Shown: one piece after another, positions 31,373-41,015 of the stretch | Numbering within the stretch: the first letter of the stretch is position 1 | Layout: the number at the start of each line of letters is the position of its first letter | Origin: an uncultured Acidobacteriota bacterium | Lineage (GTDB): Bacteria; Acidobacteriota; UBA6911 | Direction of reading: 5' to 3' | NCBI GenBank assembly: GCA_963827655.1 | Contig: CAWHCF010000010.1 | Coordinates: 1 to 64,000 of the forward strand | Length of the DNA stretch: 64,000 nucleotides | Made by a program: the position numbers and the translations under genes | The notes under the pieces: model-generated | What the model saw: only the letters and a program-made list of their open reading frames with translations | The model's database searches: none | What the model was told of the DNA's origin: nothing

Positions 31373-31605
31373 GGGCTCGCGCAGAAATAACTTCACATTC
31401 TGGCGCGAGAGTCGGCGGTCAATCATGAACCGGGTTTCTTTTGCTAAGCACGCTGAGGATCGCGCCCCTTCGGGCTGCGGCCCGCAGGCCCGCTGGCTTT
31501 GTTGCTCGCTCCTCACGTACCGCACCGGGTACGCATCGTCACTCGCGCCTCGCCAGCGGGCCTGGGGGCCTGCAGCAGAATGCGAACTTATTTCTGCGCG
31601 AACCC
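31373..31605 (-). mobile_element. MITE, copy B (inverted relative to copy A)
   Basis: Reverse complement of 29110-29343 with a few differences; TTA on both flanks. Confidence 0.85.
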
Positions 31606-31628
31606 TTAGCGAAACGTGACACGAAGCG

Positions 31629-32510
31629 TTACTGCGCGTGCTGGAGCAGCTCGATGAACCTGGCAGCAGGTTGGCTCAGCGATCGCTTGTGTTTGACGAT
31701 AATGCCCAGGGGGCGGAAGAATTTCTGCCCGACGAAGTGAACCTGAACCAGGGTCCCGCTCTGAACCTCGCGCTGGACGCTGAGGAACGGCACTATTGAA
31801 ACACCGGCTCCAATCTCGACGCTGCGTTTCAGAGTATCGATATTGTCGAACTCCATCACCACACGGACGCGAATCTTGTGTTTCCGGAAGATCTGATCGA
31901 TCGCCTGACGACTCGGTATGTCTTTTTCAAACGCAACGAAGTTCTGCCCGTCAAGTTTTTCGATGCCGATGTTGCGCCGGCGGGCAAACGGATGCTCGGG
32001 AGGACATATCAGGATTAGTCGATCGGCTGGAAGCGAGATGATCTCGATTCCCTTTCTCGCTTTTGGATAAGGGACGATGCCTAGATCAACCGCGCCTCTT
32101 AAACAATCCTCGTAAACCCGGTTGGCCCGGCTATACTCCACGTGCAGGTTTACCTTGGGATAGGTCTTCAAGAATGTCTTTATCACCGGAGACATTTCAT
32201 AAAGCCCGACGCTGTAAACGCTCGCCACCCGAATGGTTCCCGCCATCTCCTGGCCCGCCGACTTAAGGTCCAACTCCATCCGCGCATAGCGTCCGAGGAT
32301 TTCGCGCGAGGCCTGATAGAGCACCAGTCCCGCGTCGGTGGGAACAATCGACCGGCTCTTCCGTTCCAGGAGCGGCCTGCCAAACCGCGACTCGAGCCCC
32401 TTCACCTGCTGGCTGACCGCCGACTGGGTGATGAAGTTATGGGCCGCCGCCTGAGAAAAACTGCGGCTTTCCACCAAGTCACAGAACACCTTCAAGGTTT
32501 CAATCTGCAT
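31629..32510 (-). CDS. LysR-family transcriptional regulator
   Basis: SFSQAA...ITQSAVSQQVKGLE HTH; VEIGAGVSIVP. Confidence 0.93.
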   Translation of the reverse strand: MQIETLKVFCDLVESRSFSQAAAHNFITQSAVSQQVKGLESRFGRPLLERKSRSIVPTDAGLVLYQASREILGRYARMELDLKSAGQEMAGTIRVASVYSVGLYEMSPVIKTFLKTYPKVNLHVEYSRANRVYEDCLRGAVDLGIVPYPKARKGIEIISLPADRLILICPPEHPFARRRNIGIEKLDGQNFVAFEKDIPSRQAIDQIFRKHKIRVRVVMEFDNIDTLKRSVEIGAGVSIVPFLSVQREVQSGTLVQVHFVGQKFFRPLGIIVKHKRSLSQPAARFIELLQHAQ

Positions 32511-32563
32511 AAAAACGAGAAGCGCTCAGCCATTTCGCCTTAGCCGCAAGAGCCGGGCCATAC

Positions 32564-32578
32564 ATTAGGTCTACTAAT
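32564..32578. promoter_or_regulatory. LysR recognition box (T-N11-A palindrome)
   Basis: ATTAG-GTCTA-CTAAT perfect dyad, ~55 bp upstream of the lysR start. Confidence 0.7.
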
Positions 32579-32659
32579 CCATATGATCAAACTTATTCAT
32601 TTTACTTATTCTCTGACGGACATTAAAGTTTGACGCGAATCATGATTCAGGTAGTTCTC

Positions 32660-32948
32660 GGGTGGGCCCCCGTCCACGGGGGGCGGGGGCCAACAAATCC
32701 TGTCATCCATTGGATTCACTATCAGGCAAGCGCTTCGGCTTCGGTATCCTGGTTCGCGGGACCTGGGAGGCAGGAGCCGGAAGCCATTCCGGCTTCGGAC
32801 TTATCGCTTCTAACGTCACCAGAAATCCTCATATCGCGTCGTACAAGCGGCCAAAGGCGAGTGGCGGCAATCCGGATTCGGGAAATCACGTTCCAGTAGC
32901 GTGATGGCCTGATGTTCGGGCGCCTCGCGAGAGGCGCCCTTCGCATTT
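32660..32948 (+). ncRNA. Candidate structured non-coding RNA divergent from lysR
   Basis: Several hairpins, long-range ATCAGGC/GCCTGAT pairing and a terminal GGGCGCCTC-GCGA-GAGGCGCCC stem; no convincing ORF. Confidence 0.5.
32918..32948 (+). terminator. Probable intrinsic terminator
   Basis: 9-bp GC stem with GCGA tetraloop followed by TTCGCATTT (weak U tract). Confidence 0.6.
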
Positions 32949-33015
32949 CCCCTCCGCCGCCAAATCAACCTCCAGAGACTCGATACCACCGCGGGGGGAC
33001 GCCGGAACGGGCCGA

Positions 33016-34839
33016 TCAGGTTGCCGGATCGTTATTGGCGGTCTGGTCCGGAGGTTGCCAGGGTGTTCCCAGCCACGACTGATAAAGGGTCTTCTGCTCG
33101 GCCGTGGGGCTGGGGATGCGAGTTATCTTGTATTCCGCTCTTTTCTGCCCCAGCACAACGGGGAGAACCCGCAGCTTGCCCAAACGCGAAATGGTAATGT
33201 CCAGCGTGGCGCCCGGTCTCTTCTCTTCGATGCGCGCATTCAGGCTCTCCTGGTCGACACGATATCCGTCTGCCGCTATGATCTCGTCTCTGACGTTGAT
33301 GCCATGGTTGTATGCTGGCGTCGCGGCAGGAACCGACGTCACGAGGATTTTGCCCTCGGATGCCTTCGTGGAAATGCCCAGGTAGCCTTTGGGCGCGCCA
33401 TCCTCCCGCCTGGGCCCCAGCAACGTCAACCCGGCGCCAAGCAGGTAATGGGCAAAATCTATTTCCCTGGTTCCGTAGGCGTAATCGTCGAAGATCTCCG
33501 CCAGAGAGCCTCCGGCTACCTCCTCACAAGCCGCTCGAAACTCGTCTTCCTCGAAACCCCGCTGACACTGCTCGTAAAATCGCGCATAAAGCAAGCGCAT
33601 AACATCGTCAAGGCTCTTGACGGTAGCGGTTCTATTACGGATTTCCAGGTCCATCACCAGTCCGATCAATTCACCCTTGAGGTAATAAGAAATACTGGCG
33701 TTCGGAGAATGCTCGTCCCGCCTGTAGAACTTGATCCAGGCGTCAAAGCTCGCCTCGGCTGCCGACTCAATCAACCGGCCGGGAGTCTGCTGATAACCGC
33801 TGATGGTTTTCGAGAGAGTCTCCAGGTATTTGTCTGCGCTGATCAGGCCCGAGCGCAGGACCAGGTGGTTGCCGTAATAGTTCGTAAAGCCTTCGGAAAC
33901 CCAGAGCATGCGCGTGTAATTTTCCCTGTTGTAGTCGAAGGGGCCAAGGCCCTTCGGCCGGATCCGTTTGATGTTCCACACGTGGAAGTACTCGTGCGCC
34001 ACAAGCGAGAGAAACTTGCGGTAACTCTCCTCCGGCTGAAAACACCAGCGGGAGACTTGAAGCGAACTGGAGTTCATATGCTCCAGTCCTCCGCTCGCGT
34101 TATCCAGCAGGTGCACAATGAAGGTATAATGCCGGTACGGTATTTCTCCGAAAACGTCAGCGGCCGTTTCGACGATCCGGTTGATATCGGATCGCAGTTT
34201 CGCCAGGTCGCAGTTCCCGTCGCCGTAAATCGCGATGAAGTGAGGAGTCCCGCGAGAATCGAAGCTGAGGATTTCCTGATTTCCAATCTCGATAGGGCTA
34301 TCCACGAGCGTGTCAAAGTCAGGCGCCAGGAATGCATTGGATTCGCCCGCAACCAGATCGAGCCCGGTCGAGATCCGGTTCCATCCCGGATAAGGATCGA
34401 TTGCGACGCGGTAGGGTCGTTCGAGGAATCCCTCGAGGTACATGAACACACTCGCGCCATTAATGTAGGCGTGACTGTCGTCCAGGAAGCTGGTGCGCAC
34501 CGATAACTCAAAGGCGTAAACGCGATACTTCACGGTAACTTCTGACGAGTCTCCGGCATAAACCCGCCAGGTGTTCTTGCTGGTTTTTTCCCAGCGCAGG
34601 TTCCTCCCGGCGGCGTCGACCGACGAGAACTCTTGGACATTGCGGGCGAATTCCCGGACCAGGTACGATCCCGGAGTCCAGACGGGCATGACGAAGTCGA
34701 GTTCCCCTTCCGGAGCTCCGGAGATATTGATGACCACGTCAAAATAGTGCGTCCAGGGCTGGCTCATGCCGACCCGGATCACGATCTCGGGGCCATGATC
34801 CTGCTCAGAGTTGTCGGGAATCTTGGAAATCAGTGTCAT
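33016..34839 (-). CDS. M61-family metallopeptidase with C-terminal PDZ domain
   Basis: MPVWTPGSY, GGLEH, AHEYFHVWNIKRIRP, LWVSEGFTNYY, SYYLKG, GYLGI. Confidence 0.92.
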   Translation of the reverse strand: MTLISKIPDNSEQDHGPEIVIRVGMSQPWTHYFDVVINISGAPEGELDFVMPVWTPGSYLVREFARNVQEFSSVDAAGRNLRWEKTSKNTWRVYAGDSSEVTVKYRVYAFELSVRTSFLDDSHAYINGASVFMYLEGFLERPYRVAIDPYPGWNRISTGLDLVAGESNAFLAPDFDTLVDSPIEIGNQEILSFDSRGTPHFIAIYGDGNCDLAKLRSDINRIVETAADVFGEIPYRHYTFIVHLLDNASGGLEHMNSSSLQVSRWCFQPEESYRKFLSLVAHEYFHVWNIKRIRPKGLGPFDYNRENYTRMLWVSEGFTNYYGNHLVLRSGLISADKYLETLSKTISGYQQTPGRLIESAAEASFDAWIKFYRRDEHSPNASISYYLKGELIGLVMDLEIRNRTATVKSLDDVMRLLYARFYEQCQRGFEEDEFRAACEEVAGGSLAEIFDDYAYGTREIDFAHYLLGAGLTLLGPRREDGAPKGYLGISTKASEGKILVTSVPAATPAYNHGINVRDEIIAADGYRVDQESLNARIEEKRPGATLDITISRLGKLRVLPVVLGQKRAEYKITRIPSPTAEQKTLYQSWLGTPWQPPDQTANNDPAT

Positions 34840-34869
34840 TCGCATCTCCGGCTCGGAGGCTCTAAAAAA

Positions 34870-34905
34870 ACCACTAAGACTCAAAGACACGAAGAAACAC
34901 CAAGA
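34870..34905 (+). repeat. ACACGAAG-family repeat
   Basis: ACCACTAAGACTCAAAGACACGAAGAAACACCAAGA. Confidence 0.82.
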
Positions 34906-34927
34906 ACGTTGTCAAGGACGTAGTAAT

Positions 34928-36040
34928 TTAAAGCGTCAACACCGTCTTGATCTCGCCGCGACGCTTCTGCGTCAGGTACTGGGAAAAATCTTCCATGGGA
35001 GCGCGCTTAGTGATCAGCGCCTGGATTGTCTCGGGATATCGCTCCGCGAGGATCGCAAGATGCTCCACTCCCCTTCGAAACGCCTCGATGTTGGCGTTGA
35101 CGACACCTAGGACCACCTGGTTGTTCAGGACCAGGCGCCGCATGATATCGTCGCCGTCAATCGTGACCTGGTTCCCGAGTCCGGGCACTCCGGTCATTAA
35201 ATAGATGCCGTTGATCCCCAGTATCGAGAGATACTCGAAGCTCAGCTGGGAGTTCCCAGCGGCTTCGAAGATCAAGTCGACGTTTCCTATTGCGGCGCCG
35301 ATTTCTTGAGGGGACTTGACGGCGCTGCAAAAATAGTCGATTCCCGCGTCGATCAGCACGCGAACTTTCGGATCATCGGGCGGGTTTCGACTTGCCACGT
35401 AGGTTTTCATTCCCAGGTCAGCGAGCGAAATTGCCGCCAGAAATCCGACCGGCCCGGCGCCCAGAATCAGGGCCGAACGGCAGCCATACTTGCCGCCGGG
35501 AGTATCCGGCGCGCACTCCCAGGGCAAGCGGCTCTGAACCTGGTCGAGTTCCTTGAGCGCCTTCTCGGTCAGCGTCAATGGCTCTACGAGGATGGCCACG
35601 GCGCGCAGATCCCTGGGAATCTTGGTAAGAAATGCCGGATGCTCCGCAATCAGCTCCGTCAGGTAGCCGCTGGCAGAACGGATGCCGCGCTCCGTATAAC
35701 AGCCGGTGAAGCACATGTCGGATTGATGGGTCCGGCATGGAATACAGGATGGATCCGGGCACGGCCGTCTGACCGTCGGGACCACGAGATCGCCTTTGCG
35801 GAACCCCTCGACGCTCTTTCCGACTTCCACGACCTCCCCGATAGTTTCGTGCCCGAGGACCAGGTAGTCCAACCCTTCCGGAGGGGTTCCGAACTCAAAA
35901 CGGACGATGTCCCGGTCGGTGCCGCAAATTCCCACCTCGAGCGGATGGATCAGGACCTGATCCGGCGAATCCAGACGCGGTTCCGGAACTGAGATCAACC
36001 TCAGGTCCTTTTCTTCAGGATAAACAGCCAGGGCTTTCAT
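34928..36040 (-). CDS. Zn-dependent glucose 1-dehydrogenase-like (MDR family)
   Basis: GICGTD, LGHE, VVPTVRRP, ERGI, GAGPVG, GVVNA. Confidence 0.85.
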   Translation of the reverse strand: MKALAVYPEEKDLRLISVPEPRLDSPDQVLIHPLEVGICGTDRDIVRFEFGTPPEGLDYLVLGHETIGEVVEVGKSVEGFRKGDLVVPTVRRPCPDPSCIPCRTHQSDMCFTGCYTERGIRSASGYLTELIAEHPAFLTKIPRDLRAVAILVEPLTLTEKALKELDQVQSRLPWECAPDTPGGKYGCRSALILGAGPVGFLAAISLADLGMKTYVASRNPPDDPKVRVLIDAGIDYFCSAVKSPQEIGAAIGNVDLIFEAAGNSQLSFEYLSILGINGIYLMTGVPGLGNQVTIDGDDIMRRLVLNNQVVLGVVNANIEAFRRGVEHLAILAERYPETIQALITKRAPMEDFSQYLTQKRRGEIKTVLTL

Positions 36041-36228
36041 TCATTCTCTCGTGTCAATGAATGACGCAAAAAAACCACAAACGCGCGAAGATTCTACACG
36101 AAACCGGCGTCTTCGGGCGAATTGATTAGGCGTGGTATGCTACGCGATTCCTGGCGTATTCGCGGTTGGTAAGTGTCGACCCTATAGTGGTCAGCTCAGC
36201 CGGGCGAAGCCAGCGGGCTGGCCAACAT

Positions 36229-37396
36229 ATGAAAAACAATCTCGTTGCTTATCTCGCAATCAGCGCGTTGCTGAGCCTGGCCAATTGGATACTGCTGTTA
36301 CTCCCTAACTTTCTTGCCGAAAGACACTGGTCTTCACAAGAAATCGGTTGGGCAATCGGCTGTTTCTTCCTGGTCAATTTGATTTTCCAGATTCTTTCGG
36401 GGCCCGTGGCCCATCGCCGGGGGAACTTGTCCACCGCGCTCGCCGGCGCGGGATTGGGGTTTGCCGGTGGACTGCTCTACCTCGGCGCGCTCTGGTTTAC
36501 GGGCATGATTTTTCCGGCTCGAGTTTTCCATGCGGCGGGGGCTGCCATGGTATTTGCAGGCGCGCTCATGGAACTGGTCAAATCGGTTCCCCTTCACCTT
36601 AGAGGGAGGATGATCGGCTACTACGGACTCCCCGGTTTCGTGATGATGGGACTGGGGCCCATGACCTCCGAATGGTTTGTTTATCGCTGGGGGTTTGCGA
36701 GCTATTTTTCTCGCAATCCCCCTGATTTATGCCGCTCTCGCGTTGATCTTGAGCTGGCTTCCCCGTCCTCTGGCAGCGGGAAGTCCACGACATCCCTTTT
36801 CGGAAGCCTTTCGCGATAGCGTTCTGCGACTGAGGTCGATTCTGGTGCTTTCGGTGTTTTTCGGACTCTGCTTTTCGGCGTGGAACACCTTCCTTGCGCC
36901 CGCCGTGCGCTCAGTCGGGACCGGCGCGGTTTCCAGCTTCGGGTTGGGCTACGGAGTCGGAGCGGTGATTACCCGATTGGGGACCAGTAAGTGGCTGGAC
37001 TCTCATTCACGCCGTCTGGCGTCGATTTCGACCCTGCTTCTGTACAGCCTGAGCCTGGCGCTGATTCCGTTCGCAGTAGCAATCTGGCAACTGATTCTCC
37101 TGGGCCTCGTGTGCGGCATGGTCCACGGAATTTATTATCCGAGCCTCAGCTCCATCGCGGCTGAGCGATTTCATCCGCTTCATGCCGGCCAGGCTCTCAG
37201 CTTGTATGTTTCAGCCTCCGCAATCGGGATGTTTGTCGGACCCCCGCTCTGGGGAACTGTTGTCGACCTGGCGGGTTACCGGGTCATGTTCGCCTTATCC
37301 GGCGTGGTACTGGCATTGAATGCGATTGCATTCGTTGCCTGGCAGCGGCGTTTGAAACTGCTCAGGGCGTCAAGACATTCGACGGTGTATCATTGA
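36229..37396 (+). CDS. MFS transporter (frameshift near 36710)
   Basis: Two overlapping hydrophobic ORFs together give ~12 TM segments; T6 homopolymer at the junction. Confidence 0.78.
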
Positions 37397-37417
37397 CCTG
37401 TTGGGCTCACGAACTAA

Positions 37418-37496
37418 GGGTTCGCGAGACAGAAACCGATTCATGATTGACCACCGACTCTCGCGCCAGAATGTGAAGTTATTTCTGCGCGAGCCC
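37418..37496 (+). mobile_element. Internally deleted MITE, copy C
   Basis: Starts TAA|GGGTTCGCG and retains the right ~60 bp ending GAGCCC|TAG. Confidence 0.8.
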
Positions 37497-37541
37497 TAGG
37501 TGCCGGTTTTTGTACTGCAAGACCCCAAGAACCGAGGGTAA

Positions 37542-38487
37542 ATGAATCGCCGATGTTTCCTGGGCCTTTTGATCGTCGCTGCTCTGGTGACCAATGCTTT
37601 TCAGAGCGCGCTCGGCGGTCAAACGACCCCCGCTGAATCCGGCAGGACTTCCGAGCAGGCGAAGGAATCGACTGCCCTGCGGGAGGCATGGTTGCGCTTC
37701 CATGAGGCGGAATTGTGCCAGGGGATCGATGCGGTGTTTCAAATTCACCAGAAGGGGATGGAAGTCTGGTGTCGCGTGGAAGACGAGAAGACCTACCAGA
37801 AGTTTCTGGAACTGGTCGAGCCTTTGCGCGCTTCGTACGAGATCGACCTCTACACCACGCGCCCCTTGGCGGAAAAGAAGACCATCGACGACAACGATCC
37901 TCCGCCCAGCATCTGGAACAATGCCGAAATCCGCAGTTACCTTCAGGATCCGTTTGGAAAGAATCCGACGCGGAGGCGGCATCAGCATCCGTCCGGCCTC
38001 GGGCGGCGAAAGAGATGCCGATTATTTCCTCAAGCAGCGGATGCTGATGTTTGCGCAGCAGACACTGGAGTGGAACGAAAAGATGAAGAGATACGCCCTG
38101 GACCTTCCGGACCTGGCGCAGGCGGCCTTCGGCGGCGACGCTGTCCCCGGGCTGCGCGCCCGGGTTGTGGCTGCCTCCCAGGCGCATGCCGAAGGTGTCG
38201 ACAAGTACGCCGAGAGGCTGACGGAAAATCTCTCGCACGCTCTCCCCAAAGCCACCAAGCGCTTTCGTCCCACCGACAAAGAGAAATTACCCGCGGCGGC
38301 CGCCTCTGCAGACACGAGCGCGGAACAGGTTTCCAACGCCGGCCAGAGTATCGCGCGCCGGATCTACCGCTTTATCCATCCTCAGCATCACACGGTTGGT
38401 CTGGTCGATTTGAGAGAGCCCAGTTTACTGGAGTCACTAAAGACCCTGAGAAACATGGTGGACGGCTTTCAGCGCGCCGCGCGCTAA
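37542..38487 (+). CDS. Exported hypothetical protein (frameshift near 37965)
   Basis: Signal-peptide ORF 37542.. is continued by the helical C-terminus of ORF 37594..38487. Confidence 0.6.
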
Positions 38488-38503
38488 CCGGTTTGAGATG
38501 TTT

Positions 38504-38539
38504 ACCACGAAGACACGAAGACGCTAGGACAACGCGAAG
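38504..38539 (+). repeat. ACACGAAG-family repeat
   Basis: ACCACGAAGACACGAAGACGCTAGGACAACGCGAAG. Confidence 0.72.
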
Positions 38540-38547
38540 CATCGAGG

Positions 38548-39642
38548 TTAGCGCACCAGACCACGCCCCTCGACTTTCCAGTCGTCCACCACCTCGTCCT
38601 GCGAAACCCGCCAGATCTCGTTCTGCATGTTGACCGTGGCGCACACGTGGTTAGGAATGAAGCGCAATCTCTCGCCGATCTTGAATCGGTACGGCGAGCC
38701 TTCAACATTGAGATGGCCATGCTCCTCGGACATCGACTCCAGGATCACTCCCGGATGATCGAGCAGGTAACCAAAGCCAAGTCCGGCGCCCCCCCGGAGC
38801 GGGTCGCTCGAGAAGGTCTTGGAACCGGCGTCGACGACGACACGCCCTTTCACAGCCGCGCTTACCACCGTGGTGTGAACCGTCAGCGCGCAACGCGACA
38901 GATCCGTTACCCCGATGCTGACCGTGTTCATGTCATTGAACACATAGGTGCCCGGGCGAATCTCCGTCACGGTTTTCATGTGATGGCTCTGAAAGGCCGT
39001 CGGCGTCGACCCGCCGCTGACCACGCGGAGCTCAATGCCGGAGCCGAAAAGCTTGTCCTGGGCTTCCTTGAGCCGCCGGTCGATTCCCTCCAGAATCGGG
39101 ATTTGATCCCCGGGGGCGGCGCGGATGTGTCCGGGAAAAAACATGAATCCGAGAAAATCAACATTGGGCAGCCGAGTCATCGCCTGCGCCAGCGAAACCA
39201 GCTCCGCCGGTGTCTGAACGCCGCAACGCCGGAGGCCCGCGTCCATTTCCGCCAGAACCGCGATCCTCGTGCCGGCGGCGCGAGCCGCGCGCGAGATGCC
39301 TTCGGCTACCTCGACCGAGTCCATGGCAACGATGATGCGAGCTCTTCGCGAAAGCTCGACCAGCCGCTGCAACTTGGAGACTCCAACCAAAGGGTAAGCG
39401 ATCAGGATGTCGTCGAATCCTTCTCGAACCATTAACTCGGCTTCACCGAGTTTCGCCACCGTAATCCCTCGGGCTCCCGACCGAATCTGCATTCGAGCGA
39501 TTTCCGGTATCTTGTGGGTTTTGGTGTGAGGCCGCAAGCTGAGACCGTGGCCGGCGCAATAGGCAGCCATTTCCCGCAGGTTCGTCTCGAGAATATCGAG
39601 ATCGACCACGACCGCCGGTGTATCCAGATCGGAGACGCGCAC
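38548..39642 (-). CDS. PLP-dependent D-threonine aldolase / D-serine dehydratase-like (alanine racemase fold)
   Basis: LDTPAVVVD, LRPHTKTHK, SGGSTPT, EIRPGTYVFND, SEEHG, IPNHVC. Confidence 0.88.
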   Translation of the reverse strand: MRVSDLDTPAVVVDLDILETNLREMAAYCAGHGLSLRPHTKTHKIPEIARMQIRSGARGITVAKLGEAELMVREGFDDILIAYPLVGVSKLQRLVELSRRARIIVAMDSVEVAEGISRAARAAGTRIAVLAEMDAGLRRCGVQTPAELVSLAQAMTRLPNVDFLGFMFFPGHIRAAPGDQIPILEGIDRRLKEAQDKLFGSGIELRVVSGGSTPTAFQSHHMKTVTEIRPGTYVFNDMNTVSIGVTDLSRCALTVHTTVVSAAVKGRVVVDAGSKTFSSDPLRGGAGLGFGYLLDHPGVILESMSEEHGHLNVEGSPYRFKIGERLRFIPNHVCATVNMQNEIWRVSQDEVVDDWKVEGRGLVR

Positions 39643-39653
39643 AAGAACCACCG

Positions 39654-40187
39654 CTAAGATGCGAACCGGCTTTCCAGGATTTTGCCCATCAGGAGATTGA
39701 ATTCGATGGCCGCCACGCGCTGGAGCAGAGAGCCAGGCGCGGACTCGCCGGAGCTGGCCTTCCGGCACAGATCGACCATTCGCCGGGGGTTCCAAACGGG
39801 TTCTGTCAGGAGTTCCCGGATGGTGCCGGTGTCACCGGCTTCGCCGCCGACCGACTCGACCTCACTGCGGAGTCTGGAAAAGAGCGAGTGCTCTCCCACT
39901 CGTTTGTACCAGTAGAGCGAATTCTCGAAATCGCCTTCGCTTCGATGAACCAGCGCATGCCAATAGGAGCCTTCCGCCGACGGATTCTGCTGGGCGAGGG
40001 CGTGCGCTTCCTCGATAAAGCCATAGAGCCAGAGGGCCCCGGTCTTTACCAGGCTGTCATCGACCATCTTCAAACGCTCGCGCCAGTCGGTTTCCTGTAT
40101 GACCTGGCGAATCTCTTCGGGGCCTCTGGGAGGGCGTACGGGAACAGGCAAGCCTTCGGGCGCCGGATAGAAAAGTTCGCTGCTCAT
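39654..40187 (-). CDS. Conserved hypothetical protein
   Basis: 177-aa ORF with AHALAQ...GSYWHALVHRSEGDFENSLYW; probably co-transcribed with the PLP enzyme. Confidence 0.7.
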   Translation of the reverse strand: MSSELFYPAPEGLPVPVRPPRGPEEIRQVIQETDWRERLKMVDDSLVKTGALWLYGFIEEAHALAQQNPSAEGSYWHALVHRSEGDFENSLYWYKRVGEHSLFSRLRSEVESVGGEAGDTGTIRELLTEPVWNPRRMVDLCRKASSGESAPGSLLQRVAAIEFNLLMGKILESRFAS

Positions 40188-40189
40188 AG

Positions 40190-40224
40190 CTTAGTGTTTC
40201 TTCGTGTCTTCGTGTCTTAGAGGT
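40190..40224 (-). repeat. ACACGAAG-family repeat (best empty IS110 target)
   Basis: CTTAGTGTTTCTTCGTGTCTTCGTGTCTTAGAGGT. Confidence 0.85.
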
Positions 40225-40423
40225 ATTTGTTCCATAAGGAAAACGAGGACCGATTCTCCTACTTTCAACCTTCACAATCATCAAGAAAACTTCCGGCTCC
40301 CGAAGGCATCGAACCGGCAGTGGCTCAACCGGGCAGGAAGCGGGATTGTGGTTCGGATCGTGCCAGTGCTATTCTGTCTGCGAATCGACCAGCATCGGAC
40401 GCCACCTGAGGCTAACTATCAGA

Positions 40424-41008
40424 ATGAAATCGATCACCAGAACAGGACCGCCACTTTTGCTGATTGGATTTTTGCTGCTTTCCGGTTACGCCGCAGCAGC
40501 GCGACAGGAAGTAAAAGTCAGCGAGACTGCGCGCATATTCCAGGAATTTGCGAAACGCGTCGAGGAATATGCCAAATTGCAGAAGCAGGCCAAACGTGAG
40601 GTTCCGCCAATTGGCGCGGATGCGACTCCCGCAATGATTTCGAATTACCAGAGCGCGATAGCTGCGGCGATACAGGCCGCCCGGGCGAACGCCCTCGAAG
40701 GGGATATCTTTTTCCCGGAGGTCAGGTCTGAATTCCGTCGCATCATAGCGCTCGAGTTCGGGGGGCCAGCCGGGGCGGGAGCTCGCGCGCTCATTACGGA
40801 GGACACGCCGCGAAAAATCTTTCTGCGGGTGAACGCCTCCTATCCTGAGGAATGGCCGCTCGCTGCAGTCCCTCCGAGCCTGTTGATGAATCTTCCAGGC
40901 CTGCCGCCTGAACTGGAGTATCGCTTCGTCAATCGAGACTTGATCTTGTTGGACACCTCCGCCAATTTGATTGTGGACTTCATGCGGGACGTTGTTCCAA
41001 GATCGTAG
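40424..41008 (+). CDS. Exported hypothetical protein
   Basis: Signal peptide; C-terminal LPPELEYRFVNRDLILLD. Confidence 0.7.
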   Translation: MKSITRTGPPLLLIGFLLLSGYAAAARQEVKVSETARIFQEFAKRVEEYAKLQKQAKREVPPIGADATPAMISNYQSAIAAAIQAARANALEGDIFFPEVRSEFRRIIALEFGGPAGAGARALITEDTPRKIFLRVNASYPEEWPLAAVPPSLLMNLPGLPPELEYRFVNRDLILLDTSANLIVDFMRDVVPRS

Positions 41009-41015
41009 CCGAGCT

